From Eledone cirrhosa (lineage: Eukaryota): 64,000 nucleotides of DNA. Each line of letters opens with the position of its first letter. Within the stretch, counting starts at the first letter, position 1. Below, one piece after another: positions 57,801 through 64,000 of this stretch. The translations under genes and the position numbers were made by a program. The stretch lies in the NCBI GenBank assembly GCA_964016885.1, contig OZ024741.1, positions 408,022,001 to 408,086,000 of the forward strand. Reading direction: 5' to 3'. Under the pieces are notes generated by a model that was not told where the DNA came from, did no database searches, and saw only the letters and a list, made by a program, of their open reading frames with translations.

Positions 57801-60800
57801 TCTGGTGACAACAACAACGGTAACAATATAAAATAGGTCATCTCATAGATGACTTCTGGTGACAACAACAACAACAATATAACATAGGTCATCACATAGC
57901 TGACTTCTGGTGACAACAACAACGGTAACGATATAACATAGGTCATCACATAGCTGACTTCTGGTGACAACAAGAGCGGTAACAATATAACATAGGTCAT
58001 CACCTCGATGACTTCTGGTGACAACAACAACGACAATATAGCATAGGTCATCTCATAGCTGACTTCTCGTGACAATAACAACGGTAACAATATAACATAG
58101 GTCATCACATAGCTGACTTCTGGTGACAACAACAACAACAATATAACATAGGTCATCACATAGCTGACTTCTGGTGACAACAACAACAACAATATAACAT
58201 AGGTCATCACATAGCTGACTTCTGGTGACAACAACAACAACAATATAGCATAGGTCATCTCATAGCTGACTTCTGGTGACAACAACAACGGTAACAATAT
58301 AAAATAGGTCATCTCATAGCTGACTTCTGGTGACAACAACAACAACAATATAACATAGGTCATCACATAGCTGACTTCTGGTGACAACAACAACAACAAT
58401 ATAACATAGGTCATCACATAGCTGACTTCTGGTGACAACAACAACAACAATATAGCATAGGTCATCTCATAGCTGACTTCTGGTGACAACAACAACGGTA
58501 ACAATATAAAATAGGTCATCTCATAGCTGACTTCTGGTGACAACAACAACAACAATATAACATAGGTCATCACATAGCTGACTTCTGGTGACAACAACAA
58601 CAACAATATAGCATAGGACATCTCATAGCTGACTTCTGGTGACAACAACAACGGTAACAATATAACATAGGTCATCACATATCTGACTTCTGGTGACAAC
58701 AACAACGGTAAGAATATAACATAGGTCATCTCATAGCTGATTTCTGGTGACAACAACAACGGTAACAATATAACATAGGACATCGCATATCTGACATCTG
58801 GTGACAACAACATCGGTAACAATATAACATAGGTCATCACATAGCTGACTTCTGCTGACAACAACAACAACAATATTGCATAGGTCATCTCATAGTTGAC
58901 TTCTGGTGACAACAACAACGGTAACAATATAACATAGGTCATCTCATAGATGACTTCTGGTGACAACAACAACAACAATATAACATAGGTCATCACTTAG
59001 CTGACTTCTGGTGACAACAACAACGGTAACGATATAACATAGGTCATCACATAGCTGACTTCTGGCGACAACAACAACGGTAACAATATAACATAGGTCA
59101 TCACATAGCTGACTTCTGCTGACAACAACAACAACAATATTGCATAGGTCATCTCATAGTTGACTTCTGGTGACAACAACAACGGTAACAATATAACATA
59201 GGTCATCTCATAGATGACTTCTGGTGACAACAACAACAACAATATAGCATAGGACATCTCATAGCTGACTTCTGGTGACAACAACAACGGTAACAATATA
59301 ACATAGGTCATCACATAGCTGATTTCTGGTGACAACAACAACGGTAACAATATACATAGGACATCGCATATCTGACATCTGGTGACAACAACAACGGTAA
59401 CAATATAACATAGGTCATTTCATAGCTGACTTCTGGTGACAACAACAACGGTAACAATATAACATAGGTAATCTCATAGCTGCCTTCTGGTGACAACAAC
59501 AACGGTAACAATATAACATAGGTCATCACATAGCTGACTTCTGGTGACAACAACAACAACAATATAGCATAGATCATCTCATAGCTGACATCTGGTGACA
59601 ACAACAACGGTAACAATATAAAATAGGTCATCCCATAGCTGACTTCTGGTGACAACAACAACGGTAACAATATAAAATAGGTCATCACATAGCTGACTTC
59701 TGGTGACAACAACAACGACAATATAGAATAGGTCATCTCATAGCTGACGTCTGGTGACAACAACAACAACTATATAGCATAGGTCATCTTATAGCTGACT
59801 TCTGGTGACAACAACAACGGTAACAATATAACATAGGTCATCTCATAGATGACTTCTGGTGACAACAACAACAACAATATAACATAGGTCATCACATAGC
59901 TGACTTCTGGTGACAACAACAACGGTAACGATATAACATAGGTCATCACATAGCTGACTTCTGGTGACAACAAGAGCGGTAACAATATAACATAGGACAT
60001 CGCATATCTGACATCTGGTGACAACAACATCGGTAACAATATAACATAGGTCATCACATAGCTGACATCTGGTGACAACAACAACGGTAACAATATAAAA
60101 TAGGTCATCACCTCGATGACTTCTGGTGACAACAACAACGACAATATAGCATAGGTCATCTCATAGCTGACTTCTCGTGACAATAACAACGGTAACAATA
60201 TAACATAGGTCATCACATAGCTGACTTCTGGTGACAACAACAACAACAATATAACATAGGTCATCACATAGCTGACTTCTGGTGACAACAACAACAACAA
60301 TATAACATAGGTCATCACATAGCTGACTTCTGGTGACAACAACAACAACAATATAGCATAGGTCATCTCATAGCTGACTTCTGGTGACAACAACAACGGT
60401 AACAATATAAAATAGGTCATCTCATAGCTGACTTCTGGTGACAACAACAACAATATAGCATAGGTCATCTCATAGCTGACTTCTGGTGACAACAACAACG
60501 GTAACAATATAAAATAGGTCATCTCATAGCTGACTTCTGGTGACAACAACAACAACAATATAACATAGGTCATCACATAGCTGACTTCTGGTGACAACAA
60601 CAACAACAATATAACATAGGTCATCACATAGCTGACTTCTGGTGACAACAACAACAACAATATAGCATAGGTCATCTCATAGCTGACTTCTGGTGACAAC
60701 AACAACGGTAACAATATAAAATAGGTCATCTCATAGCTGACTTCTGGTGACAACAACAACAACAATATAACATAGGTCATCACATAGCTGACTTCTGGTG

Positions 60801-62380
60801 ACAACAACAACAACAATATAGCATAGGTCATCTCATAGCTGACTTCTGGTGACAACAACAACGGTAACAATATAAAATAGGTCATCTCATAGCTGACTTT
60901 TGGTGACAACAACAACAACAATATCACATAGGTCATCACATAGCTGACTTCTGGTGACAACAACAACAACAATATAACATAGGTCATCACATAGCTGACT
61001 TCTGGTGACAACAACAACAACAATATAGCATAGGTCATCTCATAGCTGACTTCTGGTGACAACAACAACGGTAACAATATAACATAGGTCATCACATAGC
61101 TGACTTCTGCTGACAACAACAACAACAATATAACATACGTCATCACATAGCTGACTTCTGGTGAAAACAACAACAACAATATAGCATAAGTCATCTCATA
61201 GCTGACTTATGGTGACAACAACAACGGTAACGATATAACATAGGTCATCTCATAGATGACTTCTGGTGACAACAACAACAACAATATAGCATAGGACATC
61301 TCATAGCTGACTTCTGGTGACAACAACAACGGTAACAATATAACATAGGTCATCACATAGCTGACTTCTGCTGACAACAACAACAACAATATAACATACG
61401 TCATCACATATCTGACTTCTGGTGACAACAACAACGGTAACAATATAACATAGGTCATCTCATAGCTGATTTCTGGTGACAACAACAACGGTAACAATAT
61501 AACATAGGACATCGCATATCTGACATCTGGTGACAACAACATCGGTAACAATATAACATAGGTCATCACATAGCTGACTTCTGGTGACAACAACAACGGT
61601 AACGATATAACATAGGTCATCACATAGCTGACTTCTGGTGACAACAAGAGCGGTAACAATATAACATAGGGCATCACATAGCTGACTTCTGGCGACAACA
61701 ACAACAACGGTAACAATATAACATAGGTCATCACATAGCTGACTTCTGCTGACAACAACAACAACAATATTGCATAGGTCATCTCATAGTTGACTTCTGG
61801 TGACAACAACAACGGTAACAATATAACATAGGTCATCTCATAGATGACTTCTGGTGACAACAACAACAACAATATAGCATAGGACATCTCATAGCTGACT
61901 TCTGGTGACAACAACAACGGTAACAATATAACATAGGTCATCACATAGCTGATTTCTGGTGACAACAACAACGGTAACAATATACATAGGACATCGCATA
62001 TCTGACATCTGGTGACAACAACAACGGTAACAATATAACATAGGTCATTTCATAGCTGACTTCTGGTGACAACAACAACGGTAACAATATAACATAGGTA
62101 ATCTCATAGCTGCCTTCTGGTGACAACAACAACGGTAACAATATAACATAGGTCATCACATAGCTGACTTCTGGTGACAACAACAACAACAATATAGCAT
62201 AGATCATCTCATAGCTGACATCTGGTGACAACAACAACGGTAACAATATAAAATAGGTCATCCCATAGCTGACTTCTGGTGACAACAACAACGGTAACAA
62301 TATAAAATAGGTCATCACATAGCTGACTTCTGGTGACAACAACAACGACAATATAGAATAGGTCATCTCATAGCTGACTT
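48900..62380. repeat. Variable-length higher-order repeat (2.0-3.0 kb), six copies of a marked block
   Basis: The same 1-bp deletion monomer CAATATACATAGGACATCGCATATC occurs near 49283, 51556, 54558, 57350, 59350 and 61980 (spacings 2273, 3002, 2792, 2000, 2630). Confidence 0.9.
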
Positions 62381-64000
62381 CTGGTGACAATAACAACGGT
62401 AACAATCTAAAATAGGTCATCACATAGCTGACTTCTGGTGACAACAACAACAACAATATAACATAGGTCATCACATAGCTGACTTCTGGTGACAACAAAA
62501 ACAACAATATAACATAGGTCATCACATAGCTGACTTCTGGTGACAACAACAACAATATAGCATAGGTCATCTCATAGCTGAATTCTGGTGACAACAACAA
62601 CGATAACAATATAACATAGGTCATCACATAGCTGACTTCTGGTGACAACAACAACGGTAACAATATAACATAGGTCATCTCATAGCTGACTTCTGGTGAA
62701 AACAACGACAACAATATAACATACGTCATCACATAGCTGACTTCTGGTGACAACAACAAAGGTAACAACATAACATAGGTCATCTCATAGCTGACTTCTG
62801 GTGACAACAACAACGGTAACAATATAACATAGGTCATCTCATAGCTGACTTCTGGTGAAAACAACAACAACAATATAATATAGGTCATCTCATAGCTGAT
62901 TTCTGGTGACAACAACAAAGGTAACAATATAACATAGGTCATCACATAGCTGACTTCTGGTGACAACAACAACGGTAACAATATAACATAGGTCATCAGA
63001 TAGCTGACTTCTGGTGACAACAACAACGGTAACAATATAACATAGGTCATCACATAGCTGACTTCTGGTGACAACAACAACGGTAACAGTATAACATAGG
63101 ACATCACATAGCTGACTTCTGGTGACAACAGCAACGGTAACAATATAACATAGGTCATCACATAGCTGACTTCTGGTGACAACAACAACGGTAACAATAT
63201 AACATAGGTCATCACTTAGCTGACTTCTGGTGACAACAACAACGGTAACAATATAACATAGGTCATCTCATAGCTGACTTCTGCTGATAACAACAACGGT
63301 AACAATATAACATAGGTCATCACATAGCTGACTTCTGGTGACAACAACAATGGTAACAATATAACATAGGTCATCACATAGCTGACTTCTGCTGACAACA
63401 ACAACGGTAACAATATAACATAGGTCATCACTTAGCTGACTTCTGGTGACAACAACAACGGTAACAATATAACATAGGTCATCTCATAGCTGACTTCTGC
63501 TGACAACAACAACGGTAACAATATAACATAGGTCATCACATAGCTGACTTCTGGTGACAACAACAATGGTAACAATATAACATAGGTCATCACATAGCTG
63601 ACTTCTGCTGACAACAACAACGGTAACAATATAACATAGGTCATCACATAGCTGACTTCTGGTGACAACAACAATGGTAACAATATAACATAGGTCATCT
63701 CATAGCTGACTTCTGCTGACAACAACAACGGTAACAATATAACATAGGTCATCACATAGCTGACTTCTGGTGACAACAACAACAACAACAATATAACATA
63801 GATCATCACATAGCTGACTTCTGGCGACAACAACAACAGCGGTAACAATATAACATAGGTCATCCCATAGCTGACTTCTGGTGACAACAACAACAACAAT
63901 ATAACATAGGTCATCACATAGCTGACTTCTGGTGACAACAACGGTAACAATATAACATAGGTCATCTCATAGTTTACTTCTGGCGACAACAACAACGGTA

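Larger units (their letters stand above)
6040..64000. repeat. Tandem satellite array of 54/51-bp monomers (48/57-bp variants), roughly 1,100 copies, continuing past the window end
   Basis: Consensus GACAACAACAAC(GGT)AACAATATAACATAGGTCATC(A/T)CATAGCTGACTTCTGGT repeated head-to-tail in one orientation with no visible interruption. Copy number estimated as about 58 kb divided by about 53 bp. Confidence 0.98.

Noticed and set aside
6040-64000. CRISPR array, or a bacterial-type RT plus repeat-array system (retron, DGR, RT-Cas)
   Set aside because: There are no unique spacers (units are contiguous near-identical monomers) and no cas or accessory genes. The RT is of eukaryotic non-LTR type in a SINE-rich context.
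6040-64000. Telomere-like repeat added to a broken end
   Set aside because: No TTAGGG-type unit is present. The G/T-rich strand runs 5'->3' towards the LINE, opposite to canonical polarity for an end on the right. Kilobase block duplications indicate recombinational amplification rather than templated addition.
6040-64000. Hammerhead ribozyme or C/D-box snoRNA in the monomer (GTGATGA on minus, CTGA on plus)
   Set aside because: In the consensus the two motifs lie on opposite strands. CTGATGA occurs only in rare variants, and there is no conserved GAAA with supporting stems.

Overview
Eukaryotic, AT-rich, repeat-dominated DNA with no host gene recognised. The SINE family resembles the abundant tRNA-derived SINEs of octopus/coleoid genomes (my inference). 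1-1.6 kb: six tRNA-derived SINE copies in both orientations, (GAA)18 and a short locally reiterated motif. 2.06-2.42 kb: a decayed 3' fragment of an RTE-clade (Rex3/Expander-like) LINE with a (TAA)n tail. About 3.39-6.04 kb: an R4/Dong-clade non-LTR retrotransposon with a structured 5' UTR (HDV-like ribozyme candidate) and an 827-aa Myb-like plus reverse transcriptase ORF. The element breaks off just after the RT domain, so the expected CCHC and restriction-like endonuclease region is absent. It is fused directly to a tandem satellite of at least 58 kb (about 6040 to the window end) made of 54/51-bp monomers (GACAACAACAAC[GGT]AACAATATAACATAGGTCATC[A/T]CATAGCTGACTTCTGGT). The satellite has nested higher-order repeats with periods of 207 bp, about 2-3 kb, 2733 bp and 4284 bp. 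The long minus-strand ORFs in the array are best explained by the monomer length being a multiple of 3.
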